Of a stretch of DNA of 64,000 nt, positions 11,014 to 20,311 are shown in pieces. The DNA comes from Desulfosoma sp. GTDB lineage: Bacteria > Desulfobacterota > Syntrophobacteria > Syntrophobacterales > DSM-9756. Made by a program: the position numbers and the translations under genes. Position 1 is the first letter of the stretch; each line of letters begins with the position of its first letter. The stretch spans positions 139,763 to 203,762 of the forward strand of contig JBBFKW010000007.1 of assembly GCA_037481835.1 (NCBI GenBank). Reading direction: 5' to 3'. Under the pieces are notes generated by a model that was not told where the DNA came from, did not search any database, and saw only the letters and a program-made list of their open reading frames with translations.

Positions 11014-11346
11014 ATGGAAAATAAAAATAATGGGCTTCAGATGTTTGAGGAACACGAGTGCCCGACTCCGGTCGACGCTTCGGGCCGACCCTACACGTGC
11101 AAAGAGCGCTCATCGGTTCTCACGTATCGCGAGCAGGACGTGTTGCAGGAGATCCGAAGGGTGCAGGAAGAAGCGGCAACGGTCAAGCGCCGTCTCCAGG
11201 AGATGCGCCAGAGGGGCGTGACAGATGCGGCCGAGGAAGCCGAATGGGAACGGCGCCTCAAAGAACTGAGGGCGCGCCGCGAGGCTCTGGAAAAAGAACG
11301 GGAAGAGGCGGCTCAAGAACGAATGCGCTTGCTGGGACACAGCTGA
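11014..11346 (+). CDS. Hypothetical coiled-coil protein
   Basis: GGAGG RBS; charged helical sequence with two N-terminal Cys. Confidence 0.6.
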   Translation: MENKNNGLQMFEEHECPTPVDASGRPYTCKERSSVLTYREQDVLQEIRRVQEEAATVKRRLQEMRQRGVTDAAEEAEWERRLKELRARREALEKEREEAAQERMRLLGHS

Positions 11347-12142
11347 AGGCGGGGGCGGTGTGTTGGCGACCGTGGGCCTTTCCAGCATGCCAGAAGGATT
11401 CCAGGAACGACGCGCCGCCGAGAAGCTCCATCTGCCGCAGGATCCATGCCGCTCTCTTTTCCACGTATGGGGTAGGCTTCGCAGGGGAAAACCGCCGGGG
11501 ATTGGGAAGGACGGCCGCCAAGAGTGCGGCCTGTCTCTTTGTCAGCCGGCCTGGGGTTGTGTTGAAAAAGATCCGTGCCGCGGCCCCGACGCCGAAAACG
11601 CGATTACCCATTTGCGCCGTGTTTACGTAGACTTCCAAAATCCTTCGCTTGGACCACAGCGTTTCCAAAAGAACCGTGACAAAGGCTTCCAGGGCCTTGC
11701 GCACAAAACTCCGGCCGGGCCAGAGAAACAGATTTTTGGCCGTCTGCTGTGAAATGGTGCTGGCGCCGCGAAGGGGTTTGCCGCGTTCGTGGTCTTCCAG
11801 AGCCTTTTTCACGGACGCCACATCGAATCCCCAATGTTCCGGAAACGTTTGGTCCTCGGCGGCCATGAACGCCAAGGCCACATGAGCGGGAATGGTCGTG
11901 TATGGCGCCCACTCATAGTGAATGGTTTTGTCCGGAAGATTTTCCCGGAGCGCCTTCAGCTTTTCCAAGAGCATGAACATGGTCATGGGCGGCGGAACCC
12001 ATCTCAAAAGAAGGATGAGCGCAACGAGAGCGGCCGCGACAAGAACCGCCGCACTGCCCATAAGGCGAGCCGCGGTGCGGCTCCATGAGCCATCACAAAT
12101 ATCGCGTATATGAAACATGAGCCGAGAAAACTCTTGTTGCAT
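11258..12142 (-). CDS. mtgA: Monofunctional peptidoglycan transglycosylase
   Basis: AAEDQTFPEHWGFD, GASTISQQTAKNLFL, KRRILEVYVN motifs; start and C-terminal extent uncertain. Confidence 0.9.
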   Translation of the reverse strand: MQQEFSRLMFHIRDICDGSWSRTAARLMGSAAVLVAAALVALILLLRWVPPPMTMFMLLEKLKALRENLPDKTIHYEWAPYTTIPAHVALAFMAAEDQTFPEHWGFDVASVKKALEDHERGKPLRGASTISQQTAKNLFLWPGRSFVRKALEAFVTVLLETLWSKRRILEVYVNTAQMGNRVFGVGAAARIFFNTTPGRLTKRQAALLAAVLPNPRRFSPAKPTPYVEKRAAWILRQMELLGGASFLESFWHAGKAHGRQHTAPAFSCVPASAFVLEPPLPVLFPEPRGAPSVL

Positions 12143-12209
12143 TCATGGGATTTATGTATTGATGTAAAAGAGACCGAACGTATAAACCTCTTGACGAGGA
12201 AGGGAGGCG

Positions 12210-12683
12210 ATGCGCATGGGTAAAAGACTTTTGGAAATGTGTGTGCAGATCGTGGAGGCTCAGGCCTCGGCCGGGATGATGTCCACGGAGGAAATCGAGC
12301 AATCGCTCAGAAAAATTTACAAGGTTCTCCAAGAGTTGGACGCCCTGGAGGAAAGCGGAGCGGGAGTTGAGATTCCTCGACCGGTTGGGGAAACGAAGGG
12401 GCCGGCCAAAGCCCCGGTGCTCGGCAGAGGCCCTTATGAGTCCATTGGAGAGGATAGTGTCGTGTGTTTGGAATGCGGGGCTCAGTTCCGGCAAATCACG
12501 GCCAACCACCTCAGGAGTCATGGTCTGACCCCTAGGGAATACAAGAAGAAATGGGGATTTCGCCTCAAGGATTCCCTTGCGGCGAAGGTGGTGACCCGAT
12601 CCCGCAGTGAATCGGCCAAGGCCCGGGGCATTCCCGAAAATCTCAAAGCCTATCAGGAAAGCCGAAAGAAGAAATCGTTTTAG
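12210..12683 (+). CDS. MucR/Ros-family transcriptional regulator
   Basis: CLECG...HLRSHGLTPREYKKKWG zinc-finger motif. Confidence 0.85.
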   Translation: MRMGKRLLEMCVQIVEAQASAGMMSTEEIEQSLRKIYKVLQELDALEESGAGVEIPRPVGETKGPAKAPVLGRGPYESIGEDSVVCLECGAQFRQITANHLRSHGLTPREYKKKWGFRLKDSLAAKVVTRSRSESAKARGIPENLKAYQESRKKKSF

Positions 12684-12724
12684 AATCTTCATCGTCGGCG
12701 ACCCCAGCGAGGAGCCACGGCACC

Positions 12725-13402
12725 ATGAAGGAGCAGAGCCCCATCCGAGAGATTTTGGCTCAACTGGAAACCCTCTATGAGATTTTGGCTCAACTGGAAA
12801 CCCTCTATCCGGACGCGCCGTTGGAGCTCGCCTATAAAAATCCCTTTGAATTGCTCATTGCGGTCATTCTCTCGGCCCAATGCACGGACGAACGGGTCAA
12901 CCAGGTTACCCGCACGCTCTTTGAGCATTATCCCACGCCGGCGGCGCTGGCGGCCGCTCCTTTGGAAAGCGTGGAGGAAATCATTCGACCAACGGGCTTT
13001 TACCGCAACAAAGCCAAGGCCGTCAAAGGGTGCGCGGAACGGTTGGTGCTGGACCACGCCGGGGACGTGCCGAAGACGATGGAAGCCTTGGTCCGGCTTC
13101 CCGGCGTGGGTCGCAAAACGGCGGCCATGGTCCTCGGCAACGCCTACGGCATTCAGGAAGGGATCGCCGTCGACACGCACGTGCTGCGCGTCTCCCAGCG
13201 CTTGGGCATCGCCCCGGACAAGACGCCCGAAGCCGTGGAAAGCCGGCTCATGACGTTGGTTCCCCGCGAAAAATGGACTTGGTTCAGCAACGCGCTGATC
13301 CTGCACGGGCGAAGGGTCTGTACGGCGAAAAAACCTTCGTGCCCCCGATGCGGCTTGGCCCAATGGTGCGCTTACGCCAGGGATGCGGCGAAAAGGGGTT
13401 GA
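12725..13402 (+). CDS. nth: Endonuclease III
   Basis: LSAQCTD, LPGVGRKTA, VDTHV, C-terminal 4Fe-4S Cys motif. Confidence 0.95.
   Translation: MKEQSPIREILAQLETLYEILAQLETLYPDAPLELAYKNPFELLIAVILSAQCTDERVNQVTRTLFEHYPTPAALAAAPLESVEEIIRPTGFYRNKAKAVKGCAERLVLDHAGDVPKTMEALVRLPGVGRKTAAMVLGNAYGIQEGIAVDTHVLRVSQRLGIAPDKTPEAVESRLMTLVPREKWTWFSNALILHGRRVCTAKKPSCPRCGLAQWCAYARDAAKRG
12749..12808 (+). repeat. Perfect 30-bp tandem duplication inside nth
   Basis: GAGATTTTGGCTCAACTGGAAACCCTCTAT x2 (EILAQLETLY x2). Confidence 0.97.
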
Positions 13403-13409
13403 AGGCGCC

Positions 13410-13808
13410 ATGAAGCAGAAGACGGTCACGGCGGCCATTTTGGAGCGCGATGGGTGCGTCCTTCTGGCGCAAAGGCCCGCGGGGGATCCTTTGGCCATGA
13501 TGTGGGAATTTCCCGGCGGCACCGTGGAGCAGGGGGAGACACCGGAGGATTGCCTGCGCCGTGAAATCCAAGAAGAACTGGGAATTCGCGTGGACGTCGA
13601 CGCCTTCTTCGGGGAAAACCGGCACCGCTACGACCACGGAGAGATCCGGCTCAAAGCTTACAGAGTGCGCTGGATTTCAGGCCGCATCCGACCCGCCGTC
13701 CATGCGGCCGTCCGGTGGGTTCCCATCGGCGAACTGCCTGGGTACGAACTGGCTCCTGCAGACCGACCCTTTGTCGCCCGGCTTCTTCGTGAAAGCGGGC
13801 CGGCGTAA
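13410..13808 (+). CDS. NUDIX hydrolase (MutT/NudG-like)
   Basis: WEFPGGTVEQGETPEDCLRREIQEELG Nudix box. Confidence 0.9.
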   Translation: MKQKTVTAAILERDGCVLLAQRPAGDPLAMMWEFPGGTVEQGETPEDCLRREIQEELGIRVDVDAFFGENRHRYDHGEIRLKAYRVRWISGRIRPAVHAAVRWVPIGELPGYELAPADRPFVARLLRESGPA

Positions 13809-13821
13809 AAAGGAGGCACGC

Positions 13822-14259
13822 ATGTGTCTGCATCAAAGGCGCTCATGCGAATGCGGCCGAAATGAGGCCTATGTCTTCCACCGGGACAGTATCCTCCCGG
13901 AAGAGGTTTTGGTCCATCTTTACTGTCCCGAATGCGCGGTTTCGGTCACTTGGGATGGCCGGACCATGGTCCGGGACGTGGGCTGGATCCTTGAATACGA
14001 CATGGAAGCGGCCCGCTTTTACCTGGGCCGGCGACTCGGACGCCTCGACTATTCCCCTGAGGATGTCTTCGACGAAGACTACTGCAGCTGGTACGGTCTC
14101 ACACCCATGGATCTGGAAGCCAGCAGGCGGCTCCATGAAGAACTGGAGCCGCTCAAGCGAGATGACCTCAAAGCCTACATCCGCGAGATCACGCGACGCC
14201 GTCAGGACCAAGTGCAGGCCCTGAAGCTCCAAGGATGGCGCAAAGCCGCCCGCACCTGA
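13822..14259 (+). CDS. Hypothetical protein with putative Zn ribbon
   Basis: AGGAGG RBS; CECG...CPEC. Confidence 0.7.
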   Translation: MCLHQRRSCECGRNEAYVFHRDSILPEEVLVHLYCPECAVSVTWDGRTMVRDVGWILEYDMEAARFYLGRRLGRLDYSPEDVFDEDYCSWYGLTPMDLEASRRLHEELEPLKRDDLKAYIREITRRRQDQVQALKLQGWRKAART

Positions 14260-14399
14260 TGCCGCCGACGGGGACGGAGGCACCCTTTCGGCTTTCAAGC
14301 TTCGCCCCTCCCTTTCCGATTATTTCAATAAGACCCCGCCATGGCGACGTGAGAAGTGTCGCCTGAGCGGAATTTTTGGGTTTGAGGGAGGTGCGGGGG

Positions 14400-15065
14400 A
14401 TGAATCCCTATCAACTGGCCGTGTGGAAACTCGTGCGCCAACCGTACCGGTGGTTCCTGTCGCCGGAAGTGAGCGACCTCCACAATGTCTCGAGAGCGCT
14501 GGATCAAGCCCGCGCGGAAAAGAAGGGGCTCCTGCTCATCGCCAACCATATCAGCGCCTGGGACCCGCTCTTCATCTGCGCCGCTCTGGATGCCGGACAT
14601 CTTTATAAAATGGGGACCGTGACGTTTCTCGGCAAGCGGGAACTGTTCGATCGGCCCTGGAAGCAATGGATCATGTCTCGCTTGGGATGCGTGAACATCC
14701 GCGAGCGTACCGTTCTCCGCCGTGTCATCCAAGGGCTTCGGGAAGGGAAAGTCTTTTTCCTCTTTCCCGAAGGGTGCGTATCGACGGACGGACGCATGGG
14801 GAAGGATCTGGGTGCGGTGCGGTTTTTGGCCAAGCACACCTCTCTTGTGGTGCTGCCCATTCGCGTCCAGGGCATCTGGGGCGGCTTTCGAAGGGATTGG
14901 AAAAACATCGCAGCGGGTCGGCGTCGATTCCAGGTGGCGTTTGGAAAACCCGTTCTGTTAAAAAAAGGGGACGATCCCAGCCTGGACGCCATGGCCATGA
15001 TCCGGGAAGTTTCCTTTGCCCCAGGGGGAAGAACGCAGCGCGTGCCGGTTTGGGCCGCCTCCTAA
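14400..15065 (+). CDS. Lysophospholipid acyltransferase (PlsC-like)
   Basis: NHISAWD and FPEG motifs. Confidence 0.85.
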   Translation: MNPYQLAVWKLVRQPYRWFLSPEVSDLHNVSRALDQARAEKKGLLLIANHISAWDPLFICAALDAGHLYKMGTVTFLGKRELFDRPWKQWIMSRLGCVNIRERTVLRRVIQGLREGKVFFLFPEGCVSTDGRMGKDLGAVRFLAKHTSLVVLPIRVQGIWGGFRRDWKNIAAGRRRFQVAFGKPVLLKKGDDPSLDAMAMIREVSFAPGGRTQRVPVWAAS

Positions 15066-15136
15066 AAGTCCGTGCACCGTGCCTTTCCGCGTGGGGGCTG
15101 TTCCGACGAAACGCGGCAAAGCCGCGTGCGGGACCG

Positions 15137-15430
15137 TTATGGAGTGCGCAACGGCCGCCCATGGGTCGGCGGGGGCAGAGTGCCCGTCCGGCCCCCTTGC
15201 CTCTGAAGACGAAGATCCTCCCTGTCATGAAAGGTTTTGTTGATCAAGAAGTCCACCCCGTATGCGAGAATGCCCAGGCACGCGACGAGGATCAGGAAGC
15301 GACGCATGAGGGTGCCGAAGCGGATTTTGGCGCGCAGGCGCTGCGCCCAAGGAAAGGGGGCGAGCCCCAAGGCCGTCGCGAGAATGAGCAGCGGCAGCAC
15401 CACCCTGAGAAACAGCAGCTTCGTGAACAT
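15137..15430 (-). CDS. Hypothetical small membrane protein
   Basis: Two hydrophobic segments; GGAGG RBS. Confidence 0.5.
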   Translation of the reverse strand: MFTKLLFLRVVLPLLILATALGLAPFPWAQRLRAKIRFGTLMRRFLILVACLGILAYGVDFLINKTFHDREDLRLQRQGGRTGTLPPPTHGRPLRTP

Positions 15431-15578
15431 GAAGATCCCTCCCCGCCGGTTTTAAAAACCCTTGCGAAATCACAGCCGATTAACCATATGATATCCAAGA
15501 ATGTCTTCGGCGGACAGAGCCCAGGAGGACGGGGCGCGGGTGGCGGATCGGAAAGGGCAAGAAAAAGGCGGCGACGGC

Positions 15579-16196
15579 ATGACGGCTCCCATGAAAAGGC
15601 GGGCCTCTTCCCCGGCGACCCTTGAGGACAAATGCAAGGAACTGGAAGTCTTCTATGAGACGTTCGAGCGGGCGACGGCGCCTTTCATCGCCCAGGCCGT
15701 TTGCGGTCCCGGCTGTGCCGATTGCTGCACCAACGTGGGCGAGATTTACGCCGCTACGCTGGAAGGTTTGCGCATCATGACCTACATGGAAGCGTTGCCG
15801 ATCTTTCAAGCCGCCGCCCTACGTCAAAAGATCGCCGAAAACCGAGCGCAAAAAAAGCACAACGTTCTTTTGCCCTGTCCGTTCCTCGACCCCGACAAGC
15901 GGTGCGCCATTTATCCGGTGCGCCCTTTCAGCTGCCGGCGTCTGTATTCCGTGGAACCCTGCGGGGCCAAAGGCCCCGTGGTGCATCGAGAGTTCTGGGC
16001 CCTGGCGGAGCAGTTCACGCGGGCTCTCCAGCTGCTGGATCCCAGGGGCTATTCCGGCCACGTGAGTTACATTCTCGGGCTCCTGGAGGACCCTTCTTTC
16101 TTGGAAGCCTATTTGGTCGGCCGAGCCTACCCGACGGGCTTGGCGTCCGTCGTTCAAGAGTTCGATCTTTTGGCCCATGCCCACCTGGGGGTTTAG
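15579..16196 (+). CDS. YkgJ/FliB-family cysteine-cluster protein
   Basis: CGPGCADCC and CPFL...CAIYPVRPFSCR; start uncertain. Confidence 0.8.
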   Translation: MTAPMKRRASSPATLEDKCKELEVFYETFERATAPFIAQAVCGPGCADCCTNVGEIYAATLEGLRIMTYMEALPIFQAAALRQKIAENRAQKKHNVLLPCPFLDPDKRCAIYPVRPFSCRRLYSVEPCGAKGPVVHREFWALAEQFTRALQLLDPRGYSGHVSYILGLLEDPSFLEAYLVGRAYPTGLASVVQEFDLLAHAHLGV

Positions 16197-16198
16197 TC

Positions 16199-16420
16199 AT
16201 GGCCTGGCACGCCATCGTGTTTTGGAAAAGCGCCGGATCCGGTCCTTTGGGCTGGCATTGGCGTCTCACCAACGCCGAACTGGGCGTGGACGAGGGTGCT
16301 CCGGCGGATTCGGTGGAGCAGGCCTCGGCTGCCATCCGCGCCGCCCTGAAACAGCACGGCGCCGCCCCTGAAACCGTCCCCGTGGAGATTTGGGACGAGG
16401 GCGTCTGGGAAAAGTGTTGA
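16199..16420 (+). CDS. Small Trp-rich hypothetical protein (73 aa)
   Basis: ATG 2 nt after upstream stop; MAWHAIVFWK...WDEGVWEKC. Confidence 0.65.
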   Translation: MAWHAIVFWKSAGSGPLGWHWRLTNAELGVDEGAPADSVEQASAAIRAALKQHGAAPETVPVEIWDEGVWEKC

Positions 16421-16450
16421 TCCCTTGAAGAAATCCGCCCTGCACGAGCT

Positions 16451-17179
16451 ATGAGCTTCTTCTGTTACCTCATCGTGGACCGCTGCTGCGTGTTGGCGGC
16501 GGACAACAAAAAGCACGTCGTCACCGTGAAAACCACAGGGGAAGGCCGATCCACGGTCGAAGAGCTGACCGCCGGTGATGCGCGCAAGATCTTCCCTCTG
16601 GGGGACGGCTGGTGGATGACGGGGGTGGGCCTATCCGCCTTTCTCCAGAAGGTTCTGGGCCAAGTGCGAGAGGCTCTTCAAGGCGCCCGGCCGGGTGCCG
16701 AACCGCCCTTTGCCGTTATGGAGAGGTTGGCGGAAAATCCCGGGTGGATGCAGCGCCTCTACCGTCAGGGTTTGGAGGCCCTGAGAGACAGGCTTCCTGC
16801 TGGGCTAGGACAGATCGAAGCGCTGGAAGGGGTTCAGGAAATCGTTTTTGCGGGCTTCGACGCCGCGTCTTTTCCCGTTGTCCTGCGCTCGCGAAGTGAC
16901 GCCGACTTCGCCTTCCGGCGTGGGTGCGGCCCCGGCGTCGTGGGTTTTACCGGCGAAAACGGCTTCTGGGATTCGGCTGTTGAAGAAGGAATCCGCGTTT
17001 TCCTTGCCGATGTGGCCGAAGACCTCCGGGCATGTCCCCCGGCCCGAATCGCAGACCGTGCCTGGGATCTTCTCCCCCCGCTCTTTCAAAGACTCTCCCG
17101 CGCTTTTCCCCGGTGGCTTTCGGCGCACGGAGACCTGGTGTGCCTCACGCCCCAGGGTCATCGCTGGTTTCTTTTCTGA
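16451..17179 (+). CDS. Putative Ntn-hydrolase, proteasome-beta-like protein
   Basis: Ser after initiator Met, VLAAD at canonical position 17, RKIFPL, GVG, IVFAGFD. Confidence 0.6.
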   Translation: MSFFCYLIVDRCCVLAADNKKHVVTVKTTGEGRSTVEELTAGDARKIFPLGDGWWMTGVGLSAFLQKVLGQVREALQGARPGAEPPFAVMERLAENPGWMQRLYRQGLEALRDRLPAGLGQIEALEGVQEIVFAGFDAASFPVVLRSRSDADFAFRRGCGPGVVGFTGENGFWDSAVEEGIRVFLADVAEDLRACPPARIADRAWDLLPPLFQRLSRAFPRWLSAHGDLVCLTPQGHRWFLF

Positions 17180-17227
17180 TTTCGCGAAACTTCTCGAGAA
17201 GCAGGCTTTCAGGCTTTTTCATTTTTC

Positions 17228-18088
17228 TTACAGCGTCAGGAAGCTTCGAGCGTCTTCCATGGCTTCGATGATCTTGATCAGGTATCCGTCGATGCGTTCC
17301 TGAGTGATCCCCAATTTTTCCAGGATCTTATCTGAATCGGGTTGGAGGAAATCGGCGGCGCTCACCCCGATCCCGATGCTGTGGACCAACCGATTGGCCG
17401 CATAGAGGATGGCGGCCACGTCCTGGTGATGCTTGGCGTCTGTGGGATTGTGGTGGAATCGGATCCCCGTTTGGACCTCCGGGGGGAAGTTCCATCGATG
17501 GGCGATGAGGGCGCCGAGATCCTGATGGTTGATCCCGATGACTTCCCGTTCGGCTTCAAGGAATGGGATGCGGCGCTCTTTCGCCAGCAGATAAATGGTG
17601 TCGAAATAGTCGGGAACCTGCCGGTCCAGAACCGTTTTGCCGATGTCGTGGAGCAACCCCGCCGTGTAGATGGTCAGGACCCGTTGTCTTTGAAGGTCTT
17701 CGGCGATGATTTGAGAAAGGAGCGCTACGGCCACCGAATGAATCCAAAGTTCGCCTTCGCGCAGATCGTAGGACCTCAGCTGGCCTCGGAAGTAATGGGC
17801 CGAACAGGCCATGAGAATGATTTCCACGAGCTGGCGCTGCCCGAGGACGATGATGGCGTCGCGCAGCGAACGGATCTTGTAGCGTCGGGCGTAAAAAGGG
17901 GATCGGGCGATGGAAAGGACCCGGGCGGTGATCGCTTGATCGTAACGAATGACGGCCTCGATTTCCGCAACGGGGGCCATGGCCCTCAGCAAAGGGATGA
18001 CGCGGGTGACCACCTTGGGAAACGGCGGCAGCCGATCCACGGCTCTGAGGATTTCATCCAGAGCGGGCTTGGTGACGATGGTGGCCAT
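17228..18088 (-). CDS. HDOD-domain protein
   Basis: LPPFP, DQAITARVL, GLLHDIGK, FHH motifs. Confidence 0.9.
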   Translation of the reverse strand: MATIVTKPALDEILRAVDRLPPFPKVVTRVIPLLRAMAPVAEIEAVIRYDQAITARVLSIARSPFYARRYKIRSLRDAIIVLGQRQLVEIILMACSAHYFRGQLRSYDLREGELWIHSVAVALLSQIIAEDLQRQRVLTIYTAGLLHDIGKTVLDRQVPDYFDTIYLLAKERRIPFLEAEREVIGINHQDLGALIAHRWNFPPEVQTGIRFHHNPTDAKHHQDVAAILYAANRLVHSIGIGVSAADFLQPDSDKILEKLGITQERIDGYLIKIIEAMEDARSFLTL

Positions 18089-18132
18089 GGCTTGCGTCGC
18101 GCTCCTTCGAGCGTCCCCATGCCCCGTGAAAT

Positions 18133-18660
18133 TCACAGGGGCGGCAGGAGGTGGAATTCCCGCCCGTACCGAACCTGATCCACGTTTTCCAACTGCTCGA
18201 TCACCTGTTGGATTTCCGTGGGATCGTCCACAAGATCCCGGGCTTTCTGCAAGAGATGGATGGCGGCCTGCAGGTAGATCCCCGCCTTGGTCCGGCGCAC
18301 CTCGTAGTCGGCCCCGATCCAAATGGTGAAGGACTTGTCGTCCTGTTCCACCGTGAAATTGCCGACCCCCCTAGCAAACCGCCCGAGGGCCTGCAGGACG
18401 CCGATCACTTTCTTGTGCGTCTGCGCATCAACGACGCCTTCCATGTCGATACGGAATTTGCCCGTGTGCGGATCGAACTCCACGACCGGAAGCGCGTCCG
18501 ATTCCTCCAGGGATCGGGCCGTCTCCTTGAGGAAACGAAGAGGCGGGCCAAGCTCCTTGTCCCGGGAAGGGTCCAAAATCACGGAACCGTAATAGGATGC
18601 GTAGACTTCCATCGAGTCCATCTCCCCCAAACTCTCATCGGTCGTTTCCTCAAAAAACAT
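18133..18660 (-). CDS. Hypothetical protein
   Basis: Open frame with natural composition filling the gap. Confidence 0.6.
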   Translation of the reverse strand: MFFEETTDESLGEMDSMEVYASYYGSVILDPSRDKELGPPLRFLKETARSLEESDALPVVEFDPHTGKFRIDMEGVVDAQTHKKVIGVLQALGRFARGVGNFTVEQDDKSFTIWIGADYEVRRTKAGIYLQAAIHLLQKARDLVDDPTEIQQVIEQLENVDQVRYGREFHLLPPL

Positions 18661-18783
18661 AAATTTTTTCCCGCCCCTTCGGCCCACCCCTTTGACCGTT
18701 CAGGGGGCGTTCTTAAAGTAATGCGTACGAAGTCTATGACGCGTCGGGGATCTTCTGGCAATCCTTTTCGGAGAGGCACCGTG

Positions 18784-19146
18784 ATGATGGATGAGGAAGC
18801 CTTGAAAAATCGGCGGGATCTTGTGGCGGAAATCGACTGGGACATGACGCCCGAACGGGCCGTGGAAACGTACCTGGAATGGGGCACGGGATGGTCCCGC
18901 AAAGGGCAGGCCGCCACGGTTCCCGGTCAGGAATCGCTCTATTTCGTGATTTACGCGTGGGAAGAGCCGCCCCAGGCCACCCTGGTCCGGCAAAATTCCC
19001 TAGGAATGGAAGAAGTGGCCAAGATCGCCGTGCCGGCTCCCATGGTGCGGGAAATCGTGGAACGCGAAGGTCGAAAACCCGGGGTCGGAGTCTACGCCTT
19101 GAGCGATGAGCTGAAACGACGGCTTCAAGAGCGCCTGGGCCTTTAG
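18784..19146 (+). CDS. DVU0772-family protein
   Basis: IDWDMTPERAVETYLEWG...YFVIYAW signature. Confidence 0.75.
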   Translation: MMDEEALKNRRDLVAEIDWDMTPERAVETYLEWGTGWSRKGQAATVPGQESLYFVIYAWEEPPQATLVRQNSLGMEEVAKIAVPAPMVREIVEREGRKPGVGVYALSDELKRRLQERLGL

Positions 19147-19160
19147 ATCGGCCATGGCTT

Positions 19161-20045
19161 TCAGAATGCGCCTCGATAGAAGGCGAGCCTTTTGCTGTAG
19201 GGGCGAAAGACATTCAGCACTGCGGCCTGTTCGTCCGGCGTCATGGGCTGAAAGGGTCGAGCGCATGAGGCTAAGGTACGCACTTGGTCCGGGGTGCGGC
19301 ATCCCACGACGATCAAGGTCACGGGCTGGGACAGGGCGAACCGGATAAGCATTTCGGCGGTGATTCCGGCTCCTGGCGCCAGATATTCCCCCGCCCCCAA
19401 AACCTTCATGCCGATAACGGCCATCCCCTTTTCAGCGGCGGCGGGAAGCGTTTCATCCAGAAAGCCGCCCAGCAGGGCTTCCACGGGGTTGACGGGAAGG
19501 AGGACCGCATCCAGGGGCCATCGCATGACGGCGTGCGTGAGCACCGCAGGATCGTGATGGCCGGTGACGCCGATCCATCGCGTCATGCCCGAGGCCTTGG
19601 CTTCCAGAAAGGCGTGGAGCGCCCCGCCGGGTCTTTCCAAGGCCTCAAGGTCCTCCGCGGTCCGCACATCGTGGATTTGCCAAAGATCCAGTCGGGAAAC
19701 ACCCATGCGCCCAAAGGTCCGCTCCAAATCGCGAAGCGCCTCGTCACGAGTCCGTTTTGCCGACTTGCTTGCCTGAAAAATCCCCTGCCGGGCCTCCGGC
19801 CTTTTTTTCCATACCGAACCGTAATAATCTTCGCTCCCCGCATAGGCCGGAGCGCTATCAAAATAAAGAAGGCCCTCCCTCAGGGCCGTCTCGATGACGG
19901 CTCGAGCGCCGTCCCAATGGTCATGGGTGCGCAGGATCCCTTCGCCGCCCAGACCCACCCGGGTGACGGACTCCCCCGTGCGGCCGAAGATCACCCGATC
20001 CAAAGGCTCACGGGCTTCCGCGGACAACGCTTCTCCTTTTCCCAT
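19161..20045 (-). CDS. Aldo/keto reductase
   Basis: GLGGEG, YFDSAPAY, LDLWQIH, IGVTGH motifs. Confidence 0.85.
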   Translation of the reverse strand: MGKGEALSAEAREPLDRVIFGRTGESVTRVGLGGEGILRTHDHWDGARAVIETALREGLLYFDSAPAYAGSEDYYGSVWKKRPEARQGIFQASKSAKRTRDEALRDLERTFGRMGVSRLDLWQIHDVRTAEDLEALERPGGALHAFLEAKASGMTRWIGVTGHHDPAVLTHAVMRWPLDAVLLPVNPVEALLGGFLDETLPAAAEKGMAVIGMKVLGAGEYLAPGAGITAEMLIRFALSQPVTLIVVGCRTPDQVRTLASCARPFQPMTPDEQAAVLNVFRPYSKRLAFYRGAF

Positions 20046-20153
20046 GCCCCAGGACTTTTGCTGCCGTCGAAAAAAAAGACCAGACGGCGGGGCTGTACCG
20101 TCTGGCCTTTTTCGAGGAGGAAAGAGTTGGTTTCTTTCGCTGGTTGTGCAGAA

Positions 20154-20168
20154 GCAAACGGTGTGCCA
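20154..20168 (-). promoter_or_regulatory. sigma54 -24/-12 promoter of aldo/keto reductase
   Basis: TGGCAC-ACCGT-TTGC on minus strand ~110 nt upstream of start. Confidence 0.7.
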
Positions 20169-20311
20169 AGAGGGGCCGCCAGGCTGTCGACCCGCTTTCC
20201 CCAAGAGGGGATGCCCTGTCCTTCCTTGTCCTGCCCCACCCCGTCTCGCCTTGAATCGCGCCCTAATCGCGCCATATCCGCCTTAATCCCGCCTTTTTCT
20301 CGCCAAAGGTG

